From the NCBI RefSeq assembly GCF_006345805.1, contig NC_042998.1, positions 200,694,001 to 200,758,000 of the forward strand: 64,000 nucleotides of DNA, written 5' to 3'. This document shows, in pieces, positions 39,656-52,784 of the stretch; positions within the stretch are counted from its first letter, which is position 1, and every line of letters starts with the position of its first letter. The DNA is from Octopus sinensis (Eukaryota). A program made the translations under genes and the position numbers. The notes below the pieces were generated by a model, which did not search any database, was not told the origin of the DNA, and saw only the letters and a list, made by a program, of their open reading frames with translations.

Positions 39656-41325
39656 AACTATATGTGTGTGTGTGTGCGTGTATGTGTGTATGTGTGTGTA
39701 TGCATGCATGTGTGTATGTATATATATATCCATATCCTCTTCCAATCTTCACTTGTATATGTCTAAGTATCACTAGCTATAAAAGTTAGTCTCTCTCTAC
39801 TTCTTACATTTCTGATCCTATCTTTCCCTTCTGCTCCTCATTAGACCCAAAGAACGTTACCACATTTTTTACCACGATATATCCGCTAACTAATTAAATA
39901 TTAAGGATCAGCCCCATTTTTCCCCCTTGGAGATGAAATAGCCGCTACTATATGGAATGCTTATCTTCTCCCACTAAGAGATACACCATATGTGCATCTA
40001 TTCTTGAAACAGCTGTATAACTCAATCTGTACAACTCTTTACTCCCTTATTTATATGACACATGTGAAATTCATAAATCTTCAGTAAAATCTCTGCAATT
40101 ATGTATAAATATCTCTTCCATGCTTCTACTGCACAGCAACCTTTGATTAATAAACTATTTATAGGCTGTCATTACTAGGCAGCTACAGAACTGCTTTGCT
40201 TTAGCTGCGGTTCAAGTAGTAGTTTTAGGCGGTAAGTGATCCTGAGCTCAGTAGGTATATTCTATATAGCTACTGCATAACATCATTAGAAGCAATTTTA
40301 TCTGAACTCTCTGGATGAGTATACACACACACACATATATACAAGCACGCAAGCACACATTATGACCATCATAAAATAAATAATTAAAGCAATATATACA
40401 AAGCAAGTGAGCACCATTATACAAAGAAATAATTAGATGTAAAATATAAGCACTATTAGAATTGGAAATGTGAAAACATATTCAAGCGGCTAGCAGGAAA
40501 CCATCTCTGTGTGTGTGTTTGTGTGTGTGTGTGTCAAGCCTTAAAATTGTGGGCCTTCGTGTACAGTAAAACAATATTTAACTTTATTTGCATTCTAATA
40601 TTGTGAACTAGAATTCTCGGTGGATAAAAAATGTTTCTGCACCGATGCTATCTATTTTTAATGAAAATAATCTTCTCCTTATTAATGTAAATTATATGTA
40701 AATGTAACAATATGATAATTAAATAATTTGGTTGTTCTTCTTAACAGACTTTCATACATATTTATTTACGTATACCTACATGCACACACAATCATACAGA
40801 CATCCGCCACATGTATATTTATAAGATATATATATATATTATATATATATATTATATATATATATATATATTATATATATATATATATATAATATATATA
40901 GATAGATATATGTTCCTGTATTTCATATATATATATATTATATTTATACAAACGTCATACATATATCCATTTGACATATACACGCATGAATACATACAGA
41001 TATATATGTATGTGAATTGTACTAATGAAGTATAATAAACCATGGGAAAATATTCAAATTTTGCATTCTCTAAAGTAACATGTGTGAGCAAAAAAAATCA
41101 AATCTCTTACGAGATTGTTCTTTCTTGAACTTGAGAGCAAAATAAAATATGTATTGGTATATATAGGTATATATATGTGTGTATGTATGTGTGCGTGCTC
41201 CTGCGCGTGTGTTTGCTTGTGAGTGTACGTGTTTGTATGTGTATTTATAAATATACACGTACCTATTATATATATATATACATGTGTACATACACACACA
41301 CGCACACACACACACACACACATAC

Positions 41326-41398
<73 letters not shown>

Positions 41399-41751
41399 CC
41401 AACCCGTCGGGAATTCTGTCTGAGATGATGCATTAAGTGAGCATAATTTCATTAGATTAGGTGCAAATACAATTATATATGCTTTTAAAAAATACGGTAT
41501 TGTCGTTTATTTTATATCATTTTATATTTGATTGAAAGTAATTCGCCGTCGGACTTCTTCAGACTAGAACTACTTACAACAGTACTTATTAATGCTGTAG
41601 TTAGGATTTGCACATTAATTTAATATTTGAGCTTGATAAGATGAAATTGTGTGATTGTAGACATTATTCTGCTGTTTATTCGACGAAATTTGTATAACCT
41701 GATATTGGTCATGAAAATAATTAACACAAGTTGGGAACTATTTTCTTGCAG

Positions 41752-41794
41752 CTGGCAGCAAATATATTTCATTGATTATTGCAACATATTTGGA
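41752..41794 (+). CDS. Candidate exon (WQQIYFIDYCNIFG)
   Basis: ttttcttgcag|...gga|gtgagg; ends in phase 0, compatible with 42006. Confidence 0.35.
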
Positions 41795-42005
41795 GTGAGG
41801 AGTATAGTTCATACTTCGAATATCCGCAGTGAATATAGGATATGATTTGATTTTTAGAAATGTTTTCGTATTGAATATTAAATGTAGAAGGCTTAACAAA
41901 TGCATATACATGACGTCAGCTGAGAATAACGTAAGAATTTTAGATGATTCCTCCGTTACTCAACACTCCACTTCCAATTTTTATATTTGCTGCTATATTT
42001 TTCAG

Positions 42006-42065
42006 GTGTTAGCCAACACCCCATATGAAATTGCTGGACCACAAATGGTCTTGTGCTATAATGAA
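42006..42065 (+). CDS. Candidate exon (VLANTPYEIAGPQMVLCYNE)
   Basis: tatattttttcag|60 nt|gtacgt; only the phase-0 frame is open. Confidence 0.4.
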
Positions 42066-42732
42066 GTACGTTAGTATATGGATTCTGTAATTTTGATTCC
42101 GATCTAGCATATTATATTGCATTGTATAATTATTGTAGCGTTATATTGCAAATTTGAATCTGAATAGTAGTCTGTTTCTCACAAGAAATAGAAAGAAAAT
42201 TTGTCTGGATGCGTCACAATATCAACGAGATATCTGTTTAATTATACACTTCATAATGTAAAGCAACGGTTATTTAGCATTTCAGTCTGATATTGTAATA
42301 CTTCTGCGAAATCATGTTCTTACAGTGCATAAATATGATCAAATGTAATGGAGATATTTAGATTTCACTAAAATATTTGAGTATAACCAAAAAAATTGTA
42401 ACTTGAAAACGCATATATTTTCTAAAGTGAAAAAAGGATTTCCTTACCATTATCGAAAAAAACTATAATTAGGAAAACTGGGATCGATACATGCATACGT
42501 AAGAAAAGTAAAAAGAAGAGGAAAAATGTTGCGAAACGAAGGAGGGAAGACGTATCGGGATAGAGGAGAGGTGTTACTGAAAGTTTGGGTAAGAATAATG
42601 GAAGTATAATGTCTATGGAAACGAACGACCATACTCGGAGAAGAGTAAAACCCGGTGTTTACTGTCTACTTGGGCTCGACCAATTGAGCCAAATATAATT
42701 TTTCTCATAAAGCTAAGAGGAAACAATCTCAC

Positions 42733-42915
42733 CTTTAGATTTCTAGCATGGTCCCCTAATAAAGATTCAGTATCTTCTGCAATTGTTACTGTTGACGTCC
42801 TACATTTTTCCCACACTGTTCCGTTAGCTTTATAAACGGAGACTTCTACTTCATCACAGTGTAAGATATTCGCTCTTTCTAACATATTTCCAAAGGATTT
42901 TACAGATGTTTCTTT
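42733..42915 (-). CDS. Candidate antisense exon (KETSVKSFGNMLER...GDHARNLK)
   Basis: T-rich tract...ttcag|183 nt open|aag-gtgaga on the minus strand. Confidence 0.25.
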
Positions 42916-42954
42916 CTGAATATTTGCAGCAAAAAAAAAACAATTTAATAGCAT

Positions 42955-43252
42955 GAACAGGATAAATTATCAATTTGAGTTTGATGATAAGCTCCTTGCG
43001 GTATTACTTGAAGAAAATCCTGCATTATCAGTTGAATAATTGGCAATAAATCTTAGTGCAAATCATACAACTGTTCATCATCATCTTCAACAACTTGGAA
43101 AGGTTCCTAAACTTGGAAAATGTGTGCTTCATGAATTGTCCGAAAGCAACCAAAAATCTCGAATTGACATCTACTCTACTCTCTATTCTCGCGAACTCAT
43201 TTTACCCTTTTTGTATAGAGTTGTGACTGATGACAAAAATATGGATCTTCTC
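42955..43252 (+). mobile_element. Mariner transposase fragment (HTH, WVPHEL linker, first catalytic D region)
   Basis: LLEENPALS...HTTVHHHLQQLGKVPKLGKCVLHELS...FLYRVVTDDK; in-frame stop. Confidence 0.85.
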
Positions 43253-43257
43253 TCAAG

Positions 43258-44435
43258 CCCATAATTGTTAAACACTTCTACACTAGCATCATATGCTAGC
43301 AGGTCTTCTTTGCTGTTTACCAAATACTCTGACATGCTTCTTCTTTCCATGTTTATGTACTCCCGCACGCTAATCAGCCTACGTCCACTTTTCCCTCTCT
43401 TTATGTGCCTTTGTACATTTGCCTTAGGGTGGAGGGCACCATGCATTTTCATTGCCTTTCGAGTAGTGCGATCAAGTTAGTCAATCTCCGCTTATGTCCC
43501 TTTCAGGATGGGTGCACTATAGTAGACAACAGCATCAACCCATATGCTGATGGCATTCACTAGGCTTCTTGAGTTGCGTTTTGATTTCAAGACAAGTTTT
43601 AGGTGCTTGGCATATGCAGTGATGAACTTCTGTTTCATTTCTTTGTGAATTATATTGTTCAGCTTCAGGATCGCAAGTTACTTGTACACATCACCATTCG
43701 GTTCTTCCACTCTCTCTCCGTTTGGCAATTCTATGCCCCGACAATTTACTCTTTTCCCCACGCTTCAAAATAAGCACCACACCTTTCGAGATACAGAATA
43801 TCATCCAGTATTTCATTGCTGCACAATTTTGAGTTGTCTTAAACAGCTTCTCCATTTCGGGTTCCGTTTTTGTGAACAGTTTTAAATCATCCATGAAGAG
43901 AAGGTGATTGAAACGAGGTGTATTCTTTTTCAGCTCATAGTTAACGTTGATTTTGCGCATGAATACAGAAAGTGAGACCAAGTCTAAAAATAATGAAAAA
44001 ATAACAAAGGTGAACAATAGTCTCCTTGGAAGATATCGCTTTTGATTGTTACCTGGGTTAAGTGCTGGTTGTTATAGGAAAGACGTGTTTTCCATCTAGG
44101 CATGCTGTTCTTAATCAGTGCACACACGTTCTCAGCTACTTCACACATGTCGAGTGTTTTCAAAATCCACGAATATGGCAACGTCGTAAACCATTTTGAA
44201 GCCTATTCAGGCCATGCAAGAGATTATATTTGTACCGTTTATAGTCCTTCATTATAACCGTGTCAATCACGAGGTGGTCTTTGGTGCCTGTGGATCCTTT
44301 TAGCCATCCCTTTCGTTCTACTGACAGTAGATTGTTTTCCTCAAGGAACGTATATATTTTCCCTACGAGAGTACCTGTTAATATTTTCCATAGAAGGTTA
44401 AGACAAGCAATGGGTCGGTAATTGCCCCTACCATC
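43258..44435 (-). mobile_element. Decayed R4/Dong-like non-LTR retrotransposon RT fragment
   Basis: NYRPIACLNLLWKILTG, GTKDHLVID, PYSWI, IFQGD.CSPLLF, NHLLFMDDLKLF. Confidence 0.85.
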
Positions 44436-44509
44436 CATTCCAGAACTGCACCGCTCTGTAGGCAATTGTCTAATTAAAACGCAATTCTCTTATGTACTGA
44501 CCTAAACCA

Positions 44510-44514
44510 TTCTT

Positions 44515-44581
<67 letters not shown>

Positions 44582-44700
44582 TATTATTATTATTATTATT
44601 ATTATAATTATTATTATTATTAGTAGTAGTAGTAGTAGCAGTAGTAGTAGTAGTAGTTGTAGTAGTAATAGTAGTAGTAGTGTATTAGTATTATTATTAT
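44510..44700. repeat. (CTT)n-(TTA)n-(TAG)n compound microsatellite
   Basis: Direct observation. Confidence 0.95.
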
Positions 44701-44984
44701 GTGCAAAACTCAGTGACATGATTATAGCAGCAGCGCACGGAGAACGTAAAAGAAAACAAAAATAAATTTGTGTTTAATTTCACTTACGGGTATTCTTGTC
44801 ACGTGCTGACACAATACAATTTGTCTTTATCCCGAGATTTTCCGGGGAAGTAAGAACTACTTAGACACAAACTCATTGCTTTATGTGACTTAATCGACAG
44901 GTCATACACGTGAAATTTGTAGTTGTTTAGTCAGTTTTATAAACGATCATTATATCATATGTTATGAACAGGTTCAATATAAAT

Positions 44985-45358
44985 CTATCTATCCGCTCTG
45001 TCAAAGTCGACTCTCGGTTACTCGATGGATCAGTGTCCTCCAGCCAATTCTATCCTGGGCCGCTTCTTTCAGAATGGTTATGTCCATTCCCGTATCACTC
45101 TTGATGGTGTCAAGTTAGCGGGTTCTTGGTCGGTCTCTTCCTCTCTTGCCACTGACCATTCCGAGCATGATGTCCTTCTCCAGGGATTTTCCCCGCATAA
45201 TATGACCAAAATACGTCAATCTATGCTTGGTGATCCTAGCTTCCAGTGACAGTTTCCTTTTGATCTGGTTAAGAATTTCTCCATTGGTGAGCCTCACTGC
45301 CCTTGGAAACCGTAAAAGTCTTCTCCACCACCAAAGCTCGAATGCATTAATTCTCTTA
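44985..45358 (-). mobile_element. 3' end of an RTE (BovB-like) LINE
   Basis: RINAFELWWWRRLLR...RLTYFGHIMR...LEKDIMLGMVSGKRGRDRPRTR...AQDRIGWR. Confidence 0.88.
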
Positions 45359-45899
45359 ATTAGAAATTATTAGGCACTTCCAATTAAAGCTTCATTGGAT
45401 AAAAGTTTTGATCACAATCCTTATTCCACCGACGCCCAGCTAATACAATATTTCGAAATTTATGAAGCTGGTGGATTACTAAAAGAGTAGAGCCCAGCTA
45501 AAATACCAACGACAACTTTATTAGACATTTTACTCGATGCATTAGAATTCTGCCGCAGGCAATTCTATGAAATATTCATGTTTGAGGGCCATTTAAACAC
45601 TATAACTCGTTGCTATATATCTGCATGTCTTCAGGTTATATACCGATTATATGACATTTAGGCATTATTCCGAGCTATTGCGCGAATATAGACAAGGAGC
45701 TACCGTCACATGTTCTCTAAATTTTAGAAGTGTTAAGGACATTATTTTGTAAAATTTAATCACAGGTGTTGTAAAAGAAGTGATCATATTATTCAAGCTC
45801 TGTTAATCATTCTCTAATTTTGAAGTAACTGCATGCAAATATTATTTACAGGAAATACATCTACGCAGCATATTTCACCATGTTGTGCTTCTCTTTCAG

Positions 45900-45974
45900 A
45901 TCACTATCAGTTTTTCCATTCCATACCTGAAGTCTTACGCGTTAAGAAATATCAATAATGTCCAATATTGGGAG
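45900..45974 (+). CDS. Candidate exon (ITISFSIPYLKSYALRNINNVQYWE)
   Basis: gcttctctttcag|75 nt|gag-gtacga; only the phase-0 frame is open, compatible with 42065. Confidence 0.35.
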
Positions 45975-46295
45975 GTACGACCTTCAATCATCCTTGTTCT
46001 ATGTGGCTCTGTTTTATGATATAACGAGAGGAAAATAAAGCTTTTTTTCTTTCATTATATGCTCGAGACAAAATATTCAACTAACACATGTTGATATTTA
46101 AATATTACCTGTGTATTGATTTGCTGCGCCATAGAGTTGGCAAACAAATATTCTTAATAAGAAAACATTTACTAAATATATGTCACGTCTGAATACATTG
46201 AATTTCAATACAGTTTTCTATTCCATGTCTCTATAAATAAATAAATAAATATAAATAAATATAAATTTATATACTAATAAATAACTAAACATATA

Positions 46296-46366
<71 letters not shown>

Positions 46367-47126
46367 AATGGAATGGAAAATAAGCAATTGTTGCTAGAAT
46401 TTAAAATACGGCAATATATCACAACTGAATGTGGGGAAGAACAATCAAGGAGTCGCAAATAGATCGGTTGATTACACATTAAAAAAATTCGTCTTCGATA
46501 AGATATGCGGGAAAATAAGCCCAATTCTCTAGACCTATAGCATTGCATATTAACAATATGATTATCCTCTTCTCTAAGTCTCTCCCCGAAGGCACAAACA
46601 TCGTAAAATATGAAGGAACCAGTGCAAATATTGCTAGTCTTTATTCACGCAAAATTATTATGATATGGTTCGATAAGAAAATTTACTGAATACTTATCTC
46701 AACTGAATGTTATGATCAGCAGGATGTCGATAGGAATGCTGAGAAATGTTTGGTTGGCTAGAATGCTCGACTTCAATAATTACCGTGGGAAAATGTACAG
46801 AGATGACGAGAGAGTATATGCATGAATAAATGCGTCTTTCTTACACTTCGCGACAAAGTATGAATAAGCATCCAACATCGGCGTAAGAAACTGTCACATC
46901 GTTTATCTAGTTAGAATTTAAGCACTTTATTTAATAATTCTAGAGTCGAATTGAATCCAGTCCTGTACGTAAATTTAAAATTAGCTGATGCTAATTTATC
47001 AGTGTGGTGCCATAACGTCTGGTACAGGATTTGAAGGGTGAGAAACAGTGAAGCTGTAACAGAGAAAAAATAAACGAGTCGCCTATCTTCAAATAGAAAT
47101 TCAATTAAGTAGTTGTTATATATATA

Positions 47127-47166
<40 letters not shown>

Positions 47167-47273
47167 ACATGTATACATATATATATACATACAATATATA
47201 TATACATATATATATATATATGTATATGTACATAGCAGTGTGTGCGCTTGTGTGTATGTGTACACACACATAT

Positions 47274-47316
<43 letters not shown>

Positions 47317-49098
47317 GTACATATACACACACACATACACACATATACACACACACACACATATATATATGTATGTATATGGTTATATGTATATTCGTGT
47401 ATATACTTATAAACACATATAGATAATGGGAGAGAGAAAGAGAGAGAGACATATATACAAGCAAAGATGCACACATATATATAAGTGTGTGTGTGTGTAC
47501 GTTTCTCTGTGTGTGTGTGTGTATGTGTGTGGATGTGTGTTTGTTGAAATAAACGGTGATTTGTTCTGACGATTTTCGCAGGTCGGTATGTTTCGCGGAA
47601 TACAAACTTTAGAGCCTACGTCTGTAAGACTAAGCTTCGGCAATCGAACCACTTTTGAGTTTATGGAATACATACTAATACATGGAAATCTAGTTAGTAC
47701 TTTGTATGTCTTCCGCTAAATGTTCTGCAAAATCGATAAAGGCCATAGGTGCTAGAAAAAAGGATCAACGAATTTAGAATTGAACGACATTAAACGTAAT
47801 CTGATTTACAGCAAATTTAATGACATCAATGTTAACACTAGCCCCATTGCTAAATAGGAAGCAATATAGTTTCATCAATTTACGCACGGAAAGTTTTATA
47901 TACATCAGTTCAACTGGGTGACATAGGAATATTGATATTTGCATAATCAATTGATATTTGCGAGACTAAGTAAATGTAAAAATATATCACAGTATCTTCT
48001 GAATTAAGTGAAACCTTGCATTCTTTTAACAAGGCGTAGCGCCTAAGTAACGTGCACAATAGACTTAGGTACTAGATGACATGGTATAAATCAAATTATG
48101 AAATCTGAGAAATTGTACAATATAATTTGTGCCATTACTTCGAATAGTTGCAGTAATGAAGTACAGCTATTGAAGAAGCTAAAATGTAGAGCGTATTTAT
48201 TTGTATATTCAATTCACAGCAAACACTTCCTAATGGTCTCATCATCAGAATTGAAGATTTAAAGCGATTACAATTTAGACCTCTCATACATAAATTTTTT
48301 GAGAAATTATTTCAAAGAATACATTTATATATACATTAGAGTGTTCAATAATTCTAAACAAATCCACACCCTGTATAACTGTGGAATGCAAAACATCTAT
48401 ATATGCTGATAGATTGAGAAATATGAACCAATGGATGGATTTCTATTCTTATATTCAATGGACGTCAACTAAGTAATGATTCGGTGACTGCATTCTAAAG
48501 GACGAAGCGTAAATGGAGATAGAGTAGCTGCTAGTAAATAAGAGTTAGATATTAAAATTGTTTTCAATATTGGCTTGGGGCCAAAATAATATAACCAATA
48601 TCTCTAAGAAGTAAAACGAACGAAAAGCTAGAACACGACGACTAGTAAGTGAATAAGAGTCAGTGTATTGGAGACAGCTACTGATTACATCAGTACTTAG
48701 TCACCTTAAGTTGTTTGGAATGTTACTGTTAGTAAAGACACCAGGCTCACACGTATGCAACAAATATCTAATATAGTTACAGTGAAACTTTACCCGATTT
48801 CGAAAGAAAACCACAATCCACGTTCTTCTGTAACTACACTTGTTCGACATTTATAAGTATAACCTGAACCTGCTTGACAGCTGCGACATACCCTCCTCTT
48901 TGTAACACAAATAAAGTTTATATATATATATATATAGATATATATATATGTTTAAGTAGTTGAATGAATTATCCTAGTATGGATAATTCGGTTAACCGAT
49001 ACCCGCGTAGCAAATTTACGTCAGAAAGCACGGTTGAAGCTACATGCTAAGGGCAGAAATCACGTGCTTTCGTGTGGAAATTTGGGTGTTTTTTTTAC

Positions 49099-49342
49099 TA
49101 TAGATAAATGAAAGAATGGAGTCGAACGACGATTTAACAAAATTCCTTTATTCTCGACATATGTTTCGAAGACTGCATATTCTTAATTCCGAAGGCATAA
49201 AGGGTGCATTATACCGTCTTCTCATCAGGAAAGACAAGGAACTTATGTCAGCATCAAGACGAACAAAAACTTTTAGATTACTGCCCACACGGAGTCCAAA
49301 GGAATTTTGTTAAATCGTCGTTCGACTCCATTCTTTCATTTA

Positions 49343-49348
<6 letters not shown>
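49099..49348. mobile_element. Penelope-like terminal fragment with a perfect 51-bp inverted repeat enclosing a hammerhead
   Basis: 49099-49149 is the reverse complement of 49298-49348; followed by (TA)n. Confidence 0.7.
49152..49232 (-). ncRNA. Type I hammerhead ribozyme, intact core
   Basis: Minus strand tttc-CTGATGA-GAAGAC[42 nt]GTCTTC-GAAAC-ATAT-GTC-gaga. Confidence 0.85.
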
Positions 49349-49379
<31 letters not shown>

Positions 49380-49419
49380 ATATAACTTAGATAAATTAGA
49401 AATGTTTCGACCAAAGATT

Positions 49420-50606
49420 GGTCTAAGTCATGTCTAATTTAGTTACACCACTCGTTAGGATTTGCTACACTCTTTTTAAGTCCAGTGTTTTGGTATCATG
49501 GCACATTCGAATAGGGAGTTCTTGTTGGATGCTTTGTATTCAAGTATAGGTGGCTTATGTGGTGTCCCCCGAAAAAATTTGTCCAGAATCCATTTCAAGG
49601 TGATGGAATATTTTTCCTCTTTGATCTGTTTTCGGACAATGTTAAATAGGGCAGGACAAGTTAAGGAAAAGGAATTGTGTTGTTGTGTATTTATGTTTTG
49701 TGTTCCTGAGTTGGGTAGGAGACATATGGCCCGTCATCCTAGCTTTCGATGAATTCTGAAACTTAATGTTGGGGTCGTTTTGGTCAATGCCTGTGGTATA
49801 TTTTCTATCACGGCTGCTTTAAAGCGGTCCCAGTTCTCGAGATCAGTCATGCCCTTAATTCTTGTTTTGAATTTCCTTTGGGGCGATTCAGTTGATTCGA
49901 CTTTCGAAATGTTTTGGTTTGTGTGAGGCGAGCACAGTAGGCAGCATTATTCGAGGTGTGGCCGTACAATGGAGGAGAAAAGAGGAATTCCAATACCTCG
50001 TTCTCTAGCCCGGAAGGTTTTTAGGACCCGGGAGCTCATCCTACGAGCAACATCGATCTTATTGTTGGTTGATGAGAACTCTCCAGCTGGGACTTTTGTC
50101 AACAATTGCTGATAGGTGTCTGGCAGTATTAAATGCTGTGAGTGGTTCTATCGAAGGAAGAGAAAATGGTTGTTTTAGGATAGTCTTTATTCCAAAATGA
50201 CCCAATTCAAATTTTCGTTGTGTAGTCGCATTTTGTTTTTGTCTGCCCATTGACTTATAACATGTAGATCACACTGGAATTCAGTAGGGTTTTCGTTGAT
50301 AATTTTCTGGAGCTTGAAGTCATCGGTGAATATTTTCGCTTTGATGTTGTGTTTGATGACGCTTGAAATGTCGTTTATATGTACTAAAAACAGAAGCGGG
50401 CTTAAGACAGTCCCTTGAGGGATACCACTGGTGAATTTTACTGGGCTTCAGAGGATTCCATCGATTACAACATGTGTTCTGTTCTCCTGAAAATACTAAA
50501 TCCAGAGTAGTAGTTTACCACGGATTCCAATATTTGACAATTTTGACAGTAGGTTATTGTGGTCGACTGTCGAAAGTTTTACTGAAGTTAAGATATATGA
50601 TATCAG

Positions 50607-50608
<2 letters not shown>
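49420..50608 (-). mobile_element. Decayed CR1-type LINE RT 3' portion, truncated at (TA)n
   Basis: [62 protein letters not shown]. Confidence 0.87.
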
Positions 50609-50668
<60 letters not shown>

Positions 50669-50728
50669 TATATATAGATAGATAATGTAGATAGATAGAT
50701 AGATAGATAGATAGATATATATATATAT

Positions 50729-50783
<55 letters not shown>

Positions 50784-50793
50784 TGTGTGTGTG

Positions 50794-50855
<62 letters not shown>

Positions 50856-51719
50856 CATGTACGTATATATGCACACAATATTCAGTACACCAAAATGTCT
50901 CGCAATCTAAATACACCCCTTTGATAACCATGTAAAACACGTTGTATTCCTGCTGAAGTGCGGTCCTCTTATGTTCTCTACCTTGATGACCATAAATCTT
51001 GTTTGGAGATCGGTCGCATGTACCTATCGTCTTTCACACATTTTGTAATCAAATCACAATACGAAATGTTATCGTTTGCTGTTAGCTATTTTCTCAATTC
51101 AGATATAAATTTTAAAAATATTTTATTCATATTTGCGATTTCTAAGCGAGTCTTTTACCTCAACCTATTATCTTCAGGAATTCATTTCTTTTTCAGCTGC
51201 TTTTGTAGCATACAATGATGAATTTATCACTGTTTCTACTACGTTAAAAGCATTAAGATTATGAATTGTTTATTTTGATTGCATTAAAACACCAAATATT
51301 TTTAGCTAGTGTGCTTCATGGAAAGCATATAGTTTCTTCGTAATGGAGTAGTAGGACTCATTCAGCGTCGGAGTGATTATCTATGTGCAAGTCGAGATAC
51401 TTGTAAGTGTAATGTAAGAAAATAAGGATTTGCGATATCATCTAAATAACAATTATCATTGCTGGCGGTGAGAATAACTAATATTTTATTATAAAGGTGA
51501 CATAACAACAACGAGTATGTAATTCAGAATATTTCACACCAGTGTGGCTTTGATTTCGCCTTCTAGCCGAAATCTGTTTAACGGATAAGTAACTAGTGAA
51601 GAATATAGGGATTCCGCTGGATACTATGCCCCACTCCATGCAAGGATTCATGGATTACCTACGAAGATAGACGTAGAAATGTTCCGGAAATAATTCATAA
51701 ATATTGTTAGAGAAATCTA

Positions 51720-51789
<70 letters not shown>

Positions 51790-52186
51790 TATATGTACAA
51801 TTAATGTAAGAATGAAGAACGGTACGATTTTTTTTTGAAAACCTACAAATATGATAAAGTTCAAAGAAACACAGAAAACATATCTTTTGGAGAGAAACTT
51901 CATATTTAGGGAAATCCTACCCATAGTGAATACAAGAAATTGAATAAAAGAAAGTGAAATAATAAGGACGCTTCACATATGAGTATAACCACTCGTACAC
52001 ACATGCATTCGCTCACGCACACTTCACACATATCTAGACACGCATGTTTTCAGCAAGCTGACGCACTTACATCATGGAAAAACAGATGCAATAACATTTT
52101 TACTGAAAATCGTATCCTGCCTAGTGCGCAATATTTACGATAACAATCGAGAATGGTTCCCAAATTTAACGTAAAATACTTATATA

Positions 52187-52579
52187 TCTAAATATATAAA
52201 GCCCAAGTTATCTGTGAAGCAGGTTTGGTAGCCTTCAATTAACACTATCTCGTCCGAGATCCTGCGGTGCAAATTGACCAAAATTGAAAGTATGATAGAA
52301 GAAGACTTGCTCTTCATTTCGTAGAAGAAAAAAATCAAATTGGACTATGTTAACAACAAAAAGTATTTACATCAAAATGGTGCTTCTTTCTATGAAAATC
52401 CATATTTTTTTACAATTTTTTGACTACTGTATCGCCATTTTTCGGTGTATTTCAACCAGAAAAATGTTCACATAAAGAGAATGACAATGTACATAAGGCA
52501 ACATTTTTACTTTTGAAAATTCCAATTCTAAGGGGTCAAAAAGAAAACAAACCCGAGCAACACCGGGCGATACTGCTAG
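52187..52579 (+). mobile_element. Non-autonomous Helitron-like element
   Basis: A|TC start; 3' aaacccgagcaacaccgggcgatactgCTAG nearly identical to the end of the 12922 element. Confidence 0.75.
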
Positions 52580-52731
52580 CAAACTATAAAAGGATGTCGA
52601 CTGAATAGCTTCTTGGCTTCAAATTGTGTGCGCGTTTGTAGTGTGGATAAGTGTGTGTACATGGTGTGTATGTTAATTTCAAGATAGAGTGTAATCAGAC
52701 GTAACTAAATAAAACTCTTATGGTTATACAT

Positions 52732-52784
<53 letters not shown>

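Noticed and set aside
41752-42065. Lipoxygenase assignment (IYFIDY...G...P...N pattern)
   Set aside because: The expected following PIAIQL and iron-binding His motifs were not found; kept only as an alternative
42714-42836. + strand segment LRGNNLTFRFLAWSPNK... as a further exon
   Set aside because: In-frame stop before any good donor; the resemblance is probably chance
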